Shown: positions 9,695-20,359 of the stretch, one piece after another
Numbering within the stretch: the first letter of the stretch is position 1
Layout of the letters: each line of letters opens with the position of its first letter
NCBI GenBank assembly: GCA_964022095.1
Contig: CAXHZO010000010.1
Coordinates: 1-64,000, forward strand
DNA from: an uncultured Arcobacteraceae bacterium
Lineage (GTDB): Bacteria > Campylobacterota > Campylobacteria > Campylobacterales > Arcobacteraceae
Reading direction: 5' to 3'
Length of the DNA: 64,000 nucleotides
Notes under the pieces: model-generated
Database searches by the model: none
The model's input: only the letters and a program-made list of their open reading frames with translations
Told to the model about the DNA's origin: nothing
Program-made: the position numbers and the translations under genes

Positions 9695-10365
9695 TGACTT
9701 TTAAACAGTTGTCTCCAAACTCTTTAATTATCTATTTTAAAGATGAAATTACTCAAGAAAATTCTCAAGATGTAATAAGAGTTTATACTGCTATAAAGGC
9801 TTCTAAAATAGATGCTATATTAGATATTATCCCTTCCTATTCATCTATTGTAATAATATTTGATTTATTTAAAAATAGTTTTGAAAACTTGCAATTACAA
9901 ATTGAAGAATTGAATTTTTCAAATAGTTTATCTTTAGAAAATGAGTTAATCAATATTGATGTTTATTATGGCCTTGAAGTAGGTCTAGATTTAAAAGATA
10001 TGTCACAAAGAACAAACTTAAGCATTGATCAAATTATCGATATTCATTCAAGTAAAATATATGATATCTTTGCAATTGGTTTTTTACCAGGCTTTGCTTA
10101 TATGGGAAATGTAGAAGATAGTATAAAAACTTCTAGACTTACAACTCCTAGAAAATCAATTCCTAAAGGAAGTGTAGGTATAGCAGATGTTCAAACTGCT
10201 ATTTACCCACAAAGTAGTCCTGGAGGTTGGAATATAGTAGGGCAAAGTATGTTTAAATGTTTTGATAAAAATATTGATTCTCTTTCTCCTTTTAAAGTTG
10301 GCTCAAAAGTGAAATTTAATCCAATTACAAAAAAAGAGTTTTTATATCAAGGTGGGAATCTATGA
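9694..10365 (+). CDS. pxpB: 5-oxoprolinase subunit B (KipI-like)
   Basis: GFLPGFAYMG, R..PR..IP.GSVGIA, IYP..SPGGWNIVG; TAATG coupling to pxpA. Confidence 0.92.
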   Translation: MTFKQLSPNSLIIYFKDEITQENSQDVIRVYTAIKASKIDAILDIIPSYSSIVIIFDLFKNSFENLQLQIEELNFSNSLSLENELINIDVYYGLEVGLDLKDMSQRTNLSIDQIIDIHSSKIYDIFAIGFLPGFAYMGNVEDSIKTSRLTTPRKSIPKGSVGIADVQTAIYPQSSPGGWNIVGQSMFKCFDKNIDSLSPFKVGSKVKFNPITKKEFLYQGGNL

Positions 10366-11276
10366 GTTTAGAAATCATTAATCCATCTTTTTTTACAACA
10401 ATTCAAGATAATGGTAGAGTAGGCTATTGTGATATTGGAGTTACAAACTCAGGAGTAATGGATAGCTTTGCATATAATACTTTAAATATGTTATTAAACA
10501 ATCCGAAAAATTCAAATGCCATTGAAATATCATTTTCGAACTTTGAAGTAAAATTCTTAGAAAATACTCAAATGGGAGTATGTGGTAGTGATGCATTAGT
10601 ATACTTAAATGAAAAGCAAATATCTTTATGGCAAACACATAATGTAAAAAAAGGTGATATTTTAAAAGTAGGAAAATTTTTAAGTGGAGCTAAATTATAT
10701 TTTACTGTTAAAGATGGTTTTGAGATACATAAAGAGTTTGGAAGTAATAGTACAACTATAAAAGAAAAACTTGGTGGATTAAATGGAAACTTTTTAAAAA
10801 AAGGTGATATTTTAAAATACAAATATATAAACGCCCATCATAATAGTAAACTAAAAAAGAGTTTTATCCCAAAATATAGTGATACTTTAGAGTTAAGAGT
10901 TATGTTAACTTATCAAGATAATAGTTTTGATAAAAGTGAAATTGATAAGTTTTTTAATTGTGAATATACAATTACAAATGATTTTAATAGAATGGCTTGT
11001 AAGTTACGTGGAAAAGAAATAAAAAGTAATATTAATGGAATAATATCAGAAGGTATTGTTTTAGGATCAATTCAAATACCAAGTGATGGACAGCCAATAA
11101 TTTTATTAAATGATAGACAAACTATTGGAGGATATCCAAAAATAGGAGTTGTCTTAGATATAGACTGTTATAAATTATCTCAAGCAAAACCTAATACAAA
11201 GATTAGATTTAAAGAGATTTCTATTTCTGAAGCTACTATTAAATCAAAAGAGTTTTATTGTTGTTTCAATTTGTAA
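10362..11276 (+). CDS. pxpC: 5-oxoprolinase subunit C (KipA-like carboxyltransferase)
   Basis: TTIQD.GR.G, SG.MD, GSIQIPSDGQPIILL.DRQTIGGYP. Confidence 0.92.
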   Translation: MSLEIINPSFFTTIQDNGRVGYCDIGVTNSGVMDSFAYNTLNMLLNNPKNSNAIEISFSNFEVKFLENTQMGVCGSDALVYLNEKQISLWQTHNVKKGDILKVGKFLSGAKLYFTVKDGFEIHKEFGSNSTTIKEKLGGLNGNFLKKGDILKYKYINAHHNSKLKKSFIPKYSDTLELRVMLTYQDNSFDKSEIDKFFNCEYTITNDFNRMACKLRGKEIKSNINGIISEGIVLGSIQIPSDGQPIILLNDRQTIGGYPKIGVVLDIDCYKLSQAKPNTKIRFKEISISEATIKSKEFYCCFNL

Positions 11277-12055
11277 AATAGTTTTTCAAATAACTCTTTA
11301 GAGTCTTGCTTTTTAAAATAAGGCTCAATTACAAAATTATATGAAGTTTTAATTAACAGTCCAGAGTTATTTTTCAATGTTGCATTTGCTAGCATTTGAT
11401 TTATGTTAAGTACTGTTGAATTAACATAATCTAACTCTTCTTGATCACAAAAAATTAAAATCTTGTCTTCAAAGAATCTAGCCATACTAAACTTGATATT
11501 TTCATTTATAAGTTTTTTTTGCATAAATTTTACACTAAACTGCAAAATATTATTTCCTATTAATTCTCCATACTCTTTTTTTATATAATCATAATCTTCT
11601 AACTGTACAAAAACCACAATTCCTTCTTCTTTTAGCTCCCCTGTTGTCCCTAAAAATTTATTATAAATCCATTTTCTATTATAAATGTTAGTTGTTTCAT
11701 CTAGAAAAAGTTTATTATTTAAACTTTCAATCTCTTTTTCTAAGTTTGTCATTTTTTTATAAATACTACTTAATTTATCAATATTTTTATCCAAAAGTGC
11801 ATCTTTTGCATCTTTTGCTGTATCTTTTATCATTAGTACATTTGATGAAATTGAGTTCATGTACTCTTCAATAGTTATATATTCTTCTTTTATTAGTGTA
11901 TGAATATCTTTTTCGAAATTTTCATCATCAATATTTATTTCAACTTCTAAGGCATTTTTATTGAATTTTTCAAAATAGATTGAAGGAAGAATTACTTCTT
12001 GATTCAATAACTCATTTACTGTTAAGTCTGTTATTTTTTTAAGCTCTTTTTTCAA
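11255..12055 (-). CDS. Coiled-coil plus degenerate GGDEF-domain protein
   Basis: DETT.IYNR and YG...G..IL are retained, but the signature reads ARFFEDK instead of RxGGDEF. Confidence 0.7.
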   Translation of the reverse strand: MKKELKKITDLTVNELLNQEVILPSIYFEKFNKNALEVEINIDDENFEKDIHTLIKEEYITIEEYMNSISSNVLMIKDTAKDAKDALLDKNIDKLSSIYKKMTNLEKEIESLNNKLFLDETTNIYNRKWIYNKFLGTTGELKEEGIVVFVQLEDYDYIKKEYGELIGNNILQFSVKFMQKKLINENIKFSMARFFEDKILIFCDQEELDYVNSTVLNINQMLANATLKNNSGLLIKTSYNFVIEPYFKKQDSKELFEKLFYKLKQQ

Positions 12056-13277
12056 TTTTTGACTCCAATTTAAGATCCAAAATAGGTTTAGGTTTACTTA
12101 TATAGTAACCTTGCGAATAATCAATTTGAATGTTTTTAACATATCTTAATATTTTTAGGTCACTAACAAATTCAGCAACAATTTTTATGTTTTGCTGTTT
12201 ACAAAACAGAACAATACTTTTTACTAGATTTAAGTATATATCTTCATCAATTTTTTTAATTAATGAACCATCGATTTTAATATAATCAATATTTAGATTT
12301 AAGATATTTTCATAATTTGAAAATCCTGTTCCAAAATCATCAATTGCAATTTTTACACCTAAGGTATTTACATCACTAATAAAATCATTTACGATATTAA
12401 AGTTTGAGACTTTTTCACTCTCTAAAATTTCTAATGTTATATATTTACCAACATTGTTATTTTTGATTTTTGAAATAAGTGTTTTTTTAATGTGGGGATT
12501 TATGATATCTGTATAGTCAAAATTAATACTAACATTAATCTGATATTTTAAAATATATTTAATTGTTTTATCAATGAGTATTTCCATAAGCTTCGTATAT
12601 AGTCTACACTTCCTGGCTTTTTGAATAAATGCATTTGGAAGTATTATATTTCCGTTTTGATCGAAAATTCTCATTAGTACTTCATATTTTTCAATTTTTT
12701 CTGTTTGATTATCCATGATAGCTTGAAAGTAAGGTTCTACTAAATTATTTTCTATTGCATGATTTAAAATATCTACTAAGTTTTCACTAACAGCTTCATT
12801 TTTATATAAATAAGAATCATAATACATATAATGAACAAAGTTCAATTTTGCACTATGTAGAGCTTTTTCAGCATATATCTTAATTTGATTATCATTACTT
12901 TTTGAACAACCAATTGTTATATCTATGTTAATTACAGTTTTTTTGTCTAGAAGTTTAAAGTTATGAGCTGTTATATTTTTGAAAATTATATCTTTTATTG
13001 CAAGTATCTCTTCGATTTCCAAGTTATCATAAATGGTTAATTCAAAGACATCTGCATGTGTGTTTGAAATATTAATTAGAACTTTTTTCGATAGTTTTAG
13101 TTTTACTGCAGATTTTATTTTTGTTTCAAGTAATGTTTTTAATTGTCTAATAATGCAGTCGCCATTACTAAATTTATATATAGCATTGATATCTTTCATA
13201 TATAAAATATCAATTAAAAAAAGAGTTTTAAAGTTGTTCTTTTTGAAAAAACTTGATACAAAATTTTTTAATGACAA
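12039..13277 (-). CDS. EAL phosphodiesterase with N-terminal degenerate GGDEF
   Basis: YEVLMR, SIN, LEILESE, IDDFGTGFS, IKIDGS, VAEFV, SQGYY intact. Confidence 0.88.
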   Translation of the reverse strand: MSLKNFVSSFFKKNNFKTLFLIDILYMKDINAIYKFSNGDCIIRQLKTLLETKIKSAVKLKLSKKVLINISNTHADVFELTIYDNLEIEEILAIKDIIFKNITAHNFKLLDKKTVINIDITIGCSKSNDNQIKIYAEKALHSAKLNFVHYMYYDSYLYKNEAVSENLVDILNHAIENNLVEPYFQAIMDNQTEKIEKYEVLMRIFDQNGNIILPNAFIQKARKCRLYTKLMEILIDKTIKYILKYQINVSINFDYTDIINPHIKKTLISKIKNNNVGKYITLEILESEKVSNFNIVNDFISDVNTLGVKIAIDDFGTGFSNYENILNLNIDYIKIDGSLIKKIDEDIYLNLVKSIVLFCKQQNIKIVAEFVSDLKILRYVKNIQIDYSQGYYISKPKPILDLKLESKIEKRA

Positions 13278-13455
13278 TTCTTTTACCTTAAATTCTATTC
13301 GGTTAACAATGATTATATATAATTTAACTTTAAGAATTGTAAAAAAAACTTATTTTTTACAAGAAAATCTAAAAAAAACTGATTATTTAATATTAAATTC
13401 TATATTTAATAGTTTATTTGTTAAAATCCAACAAGATTTTTGAAGGAAAAAGTAA

Positions 13456-14088
13456 ATGAAAAAAATAAATATTAAAGATTTATTAACAGATATTGATATT
13501 ATACAAGTTTTAAATTTTTATTCTGTAAAAAAAGATTTTTATATAGATATTGATGGAAACATCATTGAACAATTAACGAAAGATTTGAAAAAGCCAGTAA
13601 TTTGTAAAATAGAGCATGATTCAACTAACATAAATGAAAAAGATGCGAAAGAGTTATGCTTAAAACTATTTAAAGATTATAGACCAACAATAATTGGAAC
13701 AATATGTAGAGTTAAACCTTTAGTTAAATGGCAAGACATAATAGAGCTAAATAAAGAGAATATGCTGTATTTTGATCACCAAAGTGATGGAGTAGAGATT
13801 TTTGAAGATAAAACTTTAGAAGACTATGGATGGAATGCATCAGCTTTAGAAATTAACTATAGACAAATTAGTGACTTTATTGAAGAAAATTGTGATGGTG
13901 TATTACTTTGTTATGATAATGAGGTACAATTTAACGGCTTTACAATAATTGATGATGTGGAACAAACTAGAGTAAAAGTAAAAGAGTTTATAAAAGCTCA
14001 AGCTTTAGAAAATATGAAAAAAGATATTGTAGATTTAGATGATGAAGATGTAATAGATGCCTTAGAGTTTTTTGAGATGAAGGTATAA
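13456..14088 (+). CDS. Hypothetical protein
   Basis: 210 aa acidic ORF with AAGGA RBS. Confidence 0.65.
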   Translation: MKKINIKDLLTDIDIIQVLNFYSVKKDFYIDIDGNIIEQLTKDLKKPVICKIEHDSTNINEKDAKELCLKLFKDYRPTIIGTICRVKPLVKWQDIIELNKENMLYFDHQSDGVEIFEDKTLEDYGWNASALEINYRQISDFIEENCDGVLLCYDNEVQFNGFTIIDDVEQTRVKVKEFIKAQALENMKKDIVDLDDEDVIDALEFFEMKV

Positions 14089-14089
14089 A

Positions 14090-14629
14090 ATGGAAGATAT
14101 CATAAGAGATTGGGGTTATATTGCTCTTTTTTTATATTCATTTGGTGGGGGATTTGTCGGATTAGTATTTGCAGGTGTTCTATCATATGCAGGAGATTTA
14201 AATATTTATATTTCAATAGCAGTTGCTGCTGTTTCAAATTTTATTGGTGATCAGTTTTTATTCTTTTTAGCTAGAAAAAATAAAAGCTATGCAAAAGGTA
14301 TGATGAAAAACTATGGTAGAAAAATTGCCCTTGCTCATTTAATGATGAGAAAATATGGCTCTTTTGTTGTATTTATTCAAAAATACATTTATGGTATCAA
14401 GACTTTAATTCCACTAGCTATGGGATTGACTAAATACTCAGCAATTAAATTCTCGATATTTAATATTTTTGCAACTGCAATTTGGGCAAGTTTAGTTGGT
14501 TATGCAAGTTATATTGCGGGAGAGCTTATTTTAAGTAGTGCTGATGATTTTAAATATATTGGATTGGGAATTGTTGCAGTGGTTTTATTATCAGTAATGT
14601 ATGTATTTAAAAGAATTGAGAAAAAATAA
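14090..14629 (+). CDS. DedA family membrane protein
   Basis: GY..LF, IGDQ.LFFLAR, YG..VVFI.KYIYG motifs. Confidence 0.88.
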   Translation: MEDIIRDWGYIALFLYSFGGGFVGLVFAGVLSYAGDLNIYISIAVAAVSNFIGDQFLFFLARKNKSYAKGMMKNYGRKIALAHLMMRKYGSFVVFIQKYIYGIKTLIPLAMGLTKYSAIKFSIFNIFATAIWASLVGYASYIAGELILSSADDFKYIGLGIVAVVLLSVMYVFKRIEKK

Positions 14630-14696
14630 TATTTTATATGACTTCTGATGAAAAATTGGCTATAATAGTATCTTAGTTAATTAAGGGAGTTTTTTT

Positions 14697-16400
14697 TTGG
14701 AGTTAAAAAATTATATTAACCAAGAGAATAATGTATTAAGTAATATCTTAAATAATATCAGTGAAGCCTTGATTATCGCTAATAGTGATAATCAAATTGT
14801 TTACATAAATAAGCCATGTGAAGATATAACGGGATATTCAAAAAATGAAGTTTTAGGAAAGAATCCAAAACTATTTTCAAGTGAAAATACAAATGAACAG
14901 ACTTTTCAAAATGTTTTGAATATCTTACAAACAAACAACTTTTGGATTGGTGAATTAACAAATAGACACAAAAATGGACTAACATACCCTATAATTATAA
15001 AAATATATAAACATTTTGATGAACAGAAAAAAGAGTTTTTTTATTATGCAATTTTTTCTGATATATCTTCTTCTGTTGAGAATCAAAATGAACTTTTCCA
15101 TTTAGCTTATCATGATCCTTTAACAAACCTACCAAATAGACTAAAATTAAAAGCTCAACTAGAGTATGTAATTAACAATTCAAAAAGAAATAATCTAAAT
15201 TTTGCCGTTTTATTTCTTGATTTAGATAACTTTAAAGAAGTAAATGACACTTTTGGCCATGCTTTTGGTGATGAGTTATTAATTAGCTTTGCTAATAAGC
15301 TTAAAAATAGTATTAGAACTAATGATATGGTTTCTAGAGTTGGTGGGGATGAATTTATTATAATATTAAGTGATATTAGTGATTATCTGTTTATAGAAAG
15401 AGTTTGTAACAAGGTGATTTCAATAGTTAAAGAACCTATTAAGTCAAATGAAAAAGATGTTGAAATAGGTGTGAGTATTGGTATTGCAATTTATCCTGAA
15501 AATGGTGAAGATATTGATGAAATAATACATAATGCAGATAATGCAATGTATCATGTAAAAAATCAAGCTAAAAACTCTTATGAATTCTTCTCAGAAGATA
15601 TGAATAGAAGATTAATAGAACACTCAAAGATAGAAAAAGATTTAGAAAAAGCTATAAGAGAAGATGAATTTATTTTACATTTTCATCCAGAAATAGATGT
15701 TAACACAAATAGTGTAATATCTTTAGAGATTTTAACAAGATGGAATAATTCAGAAAAAGGACTACTATATCCTGGAAGTTTTATTCCTGATTTAGAAGTT
15801 TCTGAATTGATTTTTTCTTTTGAGAATCTTATATTAAAAAAAGCTTGTTCCCAATTGAAAAAATGGCACAATAGTGGAGTTTATACAGGATCAATTAGTG
15901 TTAATCTTTCATATAGGTTTTTAGAGTATGGAGATCTAGTTCAGTCTGTATTTGAAATATTAAAAAGTTTAAATTTAGATGCAAACTTTTTAGAAATTGA
16001 ATTTCATGAAAAAACAATAATGAATATAAGTGAAAAAACAATAGAAAAACTAGAAAAATTATCAAAAGAAGGTGTGGTGATTTCTATTGATAATTTTGGA
16101 AAAGGTTTTACTTCTTATTCATATTTAAGAGATTGTTATATCTCAAAAATAAAAATTGACAAGTCATATATTGATTCATTAATAGATGAAAATAATAGTG
16201 ATGAAGATATCGTCAAGTCTATACTTGACTTAGGTGAGAATATGAATATTTCTGTAATTGCTGAAGGTATTGAATTACCACAACAAGATGAGATCCTTAA
16301 AAAGAACCTTTGTAAAAAAGTACAAGGGTATTATTATGCAAAACCAATGGAGAATGTAAAGTTTGAGAATTGGTATAAAGACTTAAACAGAAAGTTCTAG
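14697..16400 (+). CDS. PAS-GGDEF-EAL protein
   Basis: PAS (ITGYS..EVLGKNP), HDPLTNLPNR, RTND I-site, GGDEF; EAL domain with EIL and DNFG variants. Confidence 0.92.
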   Translation: MELKNYINQENNVLSNILNNISEALIIANSDNQIVYINKPCEDITGYSKNEVLGKNPKLFSSENTNEQTFQNVLNILQTNNFWIGELTNRHKNGLTYPIIIKIYKHFDEQKKEFFYYAIFSDISSSVENQNELFHLAYHDPLTNLPNRLKLKAQLEYVINNSKRNNLNFAVLFLDLDNFKEVNDTFGHAFGDELLISFANKLKNSIRTNDMVSRVGGDEFIIILSDISDYLFIERVCNKVISIVKEPIKSNEKDVEIGVSIGIAIYPENGEDIDEIIHNADNAMYHVKNQAKNSYEFFSEDMNRRLIEHSKIEKDLEKAIREDEFILHFHPEIDVNTNSVISLEILTRWNNSEKGLLYPGSFIPDLEVSELIFSFENLILKKACSQLKKWHNSGVYTGSISVNLSYRFLEYGDLVQSVFEILKSLNLDANFLEIEFHEKTIMNISEKTIEKLEKLSKEGVVISIDNFGKGFTSYSYLRDCYISKIKIDKSYIDSLIDENNSDEDIVKSILDLGENMNISVIAEGIELPQQDEILKKNLCKKVQGYYYAKPMENVKFENWYKDLNRKF

Positions 16401-16471
16401 TTTTATAAAAGTACAATATAAGAAAAATAACTATAAAATGTTTATAAAACTATATTTATAGGCATAAAGAT

Positions 16472-18910
16472 TTGTTTAAAAATCCACTTTTATTAAAAAT
16501 CATTTTAGTGTTTACCCTACCAGCTGTTGGTATACTATTTTTTAGCACTAAATTAGTAATGGAGAAGCTAGATAATACTAAAGGTATAAACAGAACTATA
16601 GATAACGTTATGTACATGGATTACGCTCAAAGTTTAATACATTCACTTCAAAAAGAAAGAGGACTATCTGTTGTCTTCACGGAATCTAGAAAATTCTCAA
16701 AAAAACTAAATAATCAAAGAAAAATCACAAGTGAAAAATTCAATAAATTTTTAAGATATAGCAATACATTTATAAAAAAAAGTAATGAAAACTCCAACAT
16801 TGAATTAATAATAAAAGATATACAAAATAATTTTTATATATTGGAAAAAATTAGAAGTAATATTGATAATGGGAGTATTGATTCTTATAAAGTATTAGAT
16901 TTTTATTCAAATTTAAATGACAAACTATTAAATTTAATTATGTCTTTAAAAACTATAAAGACAGCAACTAACTTTAATGAAGAGTTTAAAAATATTTACC
17001 ATTTTTTAATTTATAAAGAGTGTAGTGGGCTAGAAAGAGCTGCTATTTCAAAATTGATTTTAAATAAAAAATTAGATGCTAAACTACAAAAAAAGCTTGA
17101 AGAAATTGATATTGTAAAGAAAATAAATATAAATTACTTCATGAATAATTCTACAGTAGAATTGCAAAACATATATAATACAAGTGAATCATATAAATTA
17201 AAAAATAAATATGATAGCTACAAAAAAGATATCATTTCTAATATTGCTCACAATAATGTAAACGTTGATATAACTCAATGGTGGAATATTTCTACAAAAA
17301 AAGTAGATTTTTTAAATAATGCATACAATACAATGCTAAATAAACTTGATAATATAGCTCAAAGTGCCACAAAAAAAGCCTTTGTTGAACAAAATATAAG
17401 TGTATTTTATCTGTTTATTTCATTTGTAACTTTAATTAGTTTATTTTTTTTATTAAAAAATATAATTTTAAATGAACAAGAAAGTTATGAAAAAATTGAA
17501 AAACAAAAAAGAGTTTATGAGCTATTAAATCAAACAAATAAACAACTACTAAAAAAATCAACAAAAAATGAATTATATGATGAAATTCATGAGATTATTT
17601 CACAAAATCCAAGTATGGTTTTTAGTTTTATTTATGATTTAGAAGAAGATGATAAACAAAATAGAATATATGGAAAAGATGGAGAGATAAAAGATATTTT
17701 AAAAGAGTCTTTAATCGGTGATTTGGAGAAACTTGATAATTTACTAACAAGAGCACTTCGATGGAAAACTAATGTTATAGTTAAAAACTTTAGAAAAACT
17801 AATATTTCTGTATTCTCTGATTATGGTAAAAAATATGGAATTAAATCAGCTGCATCTTTTCCTATTAAAAAGTTTGGTGAACAGGTTTCAGTACTTGTGA
17901 TTTATTCAAATGAATTAAATTTCTTTGATTATGAAGTTGAAATACTATTTGATCAGATGATTTTTGATGTAACACATTATTTAGAAAAATATGATTATGA
18001 AAAAATTAGAATTAAACAAGAAGAACAATTAAAAATAGCATCTGTTGCATTTGAATCAAACGAACCAATGCTTATTACAAATCAGAACATTGAGATAATT
18101 GAAGTTAATCAAGCCTTCTGTAATGTTATGGGATATACAAAAAAAGAATTATTAGGTAGAAATCCTAATTTATTTAAGTCTCTGCATCAAAATAGAAATT
18201 ACTATGACGATATGTGGAGAGTTTTAGGTATAAATGATTTTTGGTCTGGAGAGATTTATAATAAAAAGTCTGATGATTCTATTATCCCTTTAAGACTTAG
18301 TATTACAGCTATTAGAAATAATGAAAACGAAATAATTAATTATCTTGGACAATATATTGATATTAGTGAGATAAAAGATAGAGAAGAGGTTTTAGAGTAT
18401 CAAGCAACTCATGATAATCTTACTGGATTACCAAATAGACTACTTCTTTTAGATAGAATTGAACATGCTATTACAAAAGTGATTAGACATAAAAATGTTG
18501 GTGGATTGATATTTATTGATTTAGATAATTTCAAAACTATAAATGACACTATGGGACATGATATTGGAGATATTTTACTTATTGAAGTTGCTAAAGCTCT
18601 TAGAAACGTTATTAGAAGTGAAGATACGGTTTCAAGAATTGGAGGAGATGAATTTATCGTTTTAACTGATTATATTGGTAAAGATAAAGATGAAGCTAAA
18701 CAAAATATAAAAGTCCTAGCTCAAAAAATTAAACATGCATTAAACTCTATTGAGTATATAAATGGTTTTAAAAATATTTCAACTCCAAGTATTGGTATCA
18801 CTTTATTTACTGACTCATCAATAAGTGTAAAAGATATTATAAAACAAGCAGATACAGCTATGTATGCAGCTAAAAAACAGGGTAAAAACACCATAGAGTT
18901 TTTTAATTAA
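16472..18910 (+). CDS. NIT-GAF-PAS-GGDEF diguanylate cyclase
   Basis: Two TM segments flanking a NIT-like sensor (LIHSLQKERGLS, KE.SGLERA, WW..ST), GAF (SAASFPI), PAS, intact GGDEF. Confidence 0.85.
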   Translation: MFKNPLLLKIILVFTLPAVGILFFSTKLVMEKLDNTKGINRTIDNVMYMDYAQSLIHSLQKERGLSVVFTESRKFSKKLNNQRKITSEKFNKFLRYSNTFIKKSNENSNIELIIKDIQNNFYILEKIRSNIDNGSIDSYKVLDFYSNLNDKLLNLIMSLKTIKTATNFNEEFKNIYHFLIYKECSGLERAAISKLILNKKLDAKLQKKLEEIDIVKKININYFMNNSTVELQNIYNTSESYKLKNKYDSYKKDIISNIAHNNVNVDITQWWNISTKKVDFLNNAYNTMLNKLDNIAQSATKKAFVEQNISVFYLFISFVTLISLFFLLKNIILNEQESYEKIEKQKRVYELLNQTNKQLLKKSTKNELYDEIHEIISQNPSMVFSFIYDLEEDDKQNRIYGKDGEIKDILKESLIGDLEKLDNLLTRALRWKTNVIVKNFRKTNISVFSDYGKKYGIKSAASFPIKKFGEQVSVLVIYSNELNFFDYEVEILFDQMIFDVTHYLEKYDYEKIRIKQEEQLKIASVAFESNEPMLITNQNIEIIEVNQAFCNVMGYTKKELLGRNPNLFKSLHQNRNYYDDMWRVLGINDFWSGEIYNKKSDDSIIPLRLSITAIRNNENEIINYLGQYIDISEIKDREEVLEYQATHDNLTGLPNRLLLLDRIEHAITKVIRHKNVGGLIFIDLDNFKTINDTMGHDIGDILLIEVAKALRNVIRSEDTVSRIGGDEFIVLTDYIGKDKDEAKQNIKVLAQKIKHALNSIEYINGFKNISTPSIGITLFTDSSISVKDIIKQADTAMYAAKKQGKNTIEFFN

Positions 18911-18957
18911 TAAAGTTTTAGATAAACTTCCAAAATTAAAAAAATTAAGGAATTATA

Positions 18958-19239
18958 ATGAAAAGCGCAACAGCAAGACATTTATTAGTAGAATCTGAAG
19001 ATTTATGTGTAGAACTTAAAGAAAGAATCGCAAATGGAGAAAAGTTTGAAGATTTAGCAAAAGAGTATTCTCAGTGTCCATCTGGATCAAATGGTGGAGA
19101 TTTAGGAAACTTTTTCCAAGGTCAAATGGTACCAGAGTTTGATCAAGTTGTTTTCAATGATGAAATCAATGTAGTTCATGGACCAGTTAAAACTCAATTT
19201 GGTTTTCACTTATTAGAAACTACATCAAGAAAAGACTAA
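18958..19239 (+). CDS. ppiC: Parvulin peptidyl-prolyl isomerase
   Basis: ARHLLV, FEDLAKEYSQCPS, GGDLG.F..GQMVPEFD, VKTQFGFH. Confidence 0.93.
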   Translation: MKSATARHLLVESEDLCVELKERIANGEKFEDLAKEYSQCPSGSNGGDLGNFFQGQMVPEFDQVVFNDEINVVHGPVKTQFGFHLLETTSRKD

Positions 19240-19590
19240 TTAGTCACACTCTTCATCCCATAAAATAGATATGCCATACTCTTTGTCAGTTATGGCGTAT
19301 TTATGGTACTCTTTTGTTCCAGCTCTTCCATGAAGTCTAACTTTTATTTGACCATCATTTAATAAGCTTCTAATCTCATTTGAACCAATACTTCGCTTAT
19401 TGTATCTTAACAGTGCATTTGAATATATTCTAAAAGTACAAGTAGAATCTGCAGTGAAAACAAACTGTTCACTATCGTCATACTCTTTTTTAGCATTTTC
19501 ACAAGTGTATAGTTTTATTTTTTTACCTCTTGCAACAGTTTTTCTTTCAATAACAGAACCATCACAATAAGGGCATTTGCCTAGTAACAT
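19240..19590 (-). CDS. Stand-alone topoisomerase C-terminal zinc-ribbon-like protein
   Basis: LGKCPYC...YTCEN...CTFRI pattern resembling TopB C-terminal repeats. Confidence 0.55.
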   Translation of the reverse strand: MLLGKCPYCDGSVIERKTVARGKKIKLYTCENAKKEYDDSEQFVFTADSTCTFRIYSNALLRYNKRSIGSNEIRSLLNDGQIKVRLHGRAGTKEYHKYAITDKEYGISILWDEECD

Positions 19591-19669
19591 TTATTACCTT
19601 TTTTGTTTTTGATTAATAAATTATATAAAATTTTTTAAAAAAGAGTAAAAAATATTACGATTTGAAATA

Positions 19670-20308
19670 TTAAGGTGCAAGTCTTTTTGATTCCCAGTCT
19701 CCATTTTTATTTATTTCATATAAAAATCTATCATGTAATCTATCATCTCCACCTTGCCAGAATTCTATTTTAAGAGGTTTTATAAGATAACCACCCCAAA
19801 ATGATGGAAAGGGTACTTCTCCATTTGCAAATTTATTTTTCATCTCATCAAATTTTTGCTCTAGTAAACTTCTTGAGCTAACTACTTCACTTTGGTGTGA
19901 AACCCAAGCGCCTATTTGACTACCTTTTGGTCGAGATAGAAAGTATTTTAAAGATTGTGCAGTTGAAATTTTTTCAATCGTTCCTTCTATTTTAACTTGT
20001 CGCTCTAGAGCTAACCAAGGAAATAAAACTGCTACTTGTGGATTTTGTTCTATTTGTTGTGCTTTTGTACTTTTGTAGTTTGTAAAAAATACAAAACCGT
20101 CTTCATCAAAGGTTTTTAAAAGCACTGTTCTAACACTTGGTAGCATGTCTTTACCAACAGTACACAGTGAAAAAGCATTTGGCTCAACAAGTTTTGCATT
20201 CATTGCATCATTAAACCAATGTTCAAACTGTTTAAATGGATTTTTATCTAAATCATCTATTTCAAGATTTCTTGTAGTATATTTTCCTCTTAAAGCTGAT
20301 AAATCCAT
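19670..20308 (-). CDS. pdxH: Pyridoxamine 5'-phosphate oxidase
   Basis: RTVLLK, FFTNY.S.K, RQVKIEG, SRP.GSQIGAW.S.QS, IEFWQG..RLHDR. Confidence 0.96.
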   Translation of the reverse strand: MDLSALRGKYTTRNLEIDDLDKNPFKQFEHWFNDAMNAKLVEPNAFSLCTVGKDMLPSVRTVLLKTFDEDGFVFFTNYKSTKAQQIEQNPQVAVLFPWLALERQVKIEGTIEKISTAQSLKYFLSRPKGSQIGAWVSHQSEVVSSRSLLEQKFDEMKNKFANGEVPFPSFWGGYLIKPLKIEFWQGGDDRLHDRFLYEINKNGDWESKRLAP

Positions 20309-20359
20309 AATAAGTCCTTTATTTTGCTATAGTTATATTTTAGCAAAATAAGGATTATT

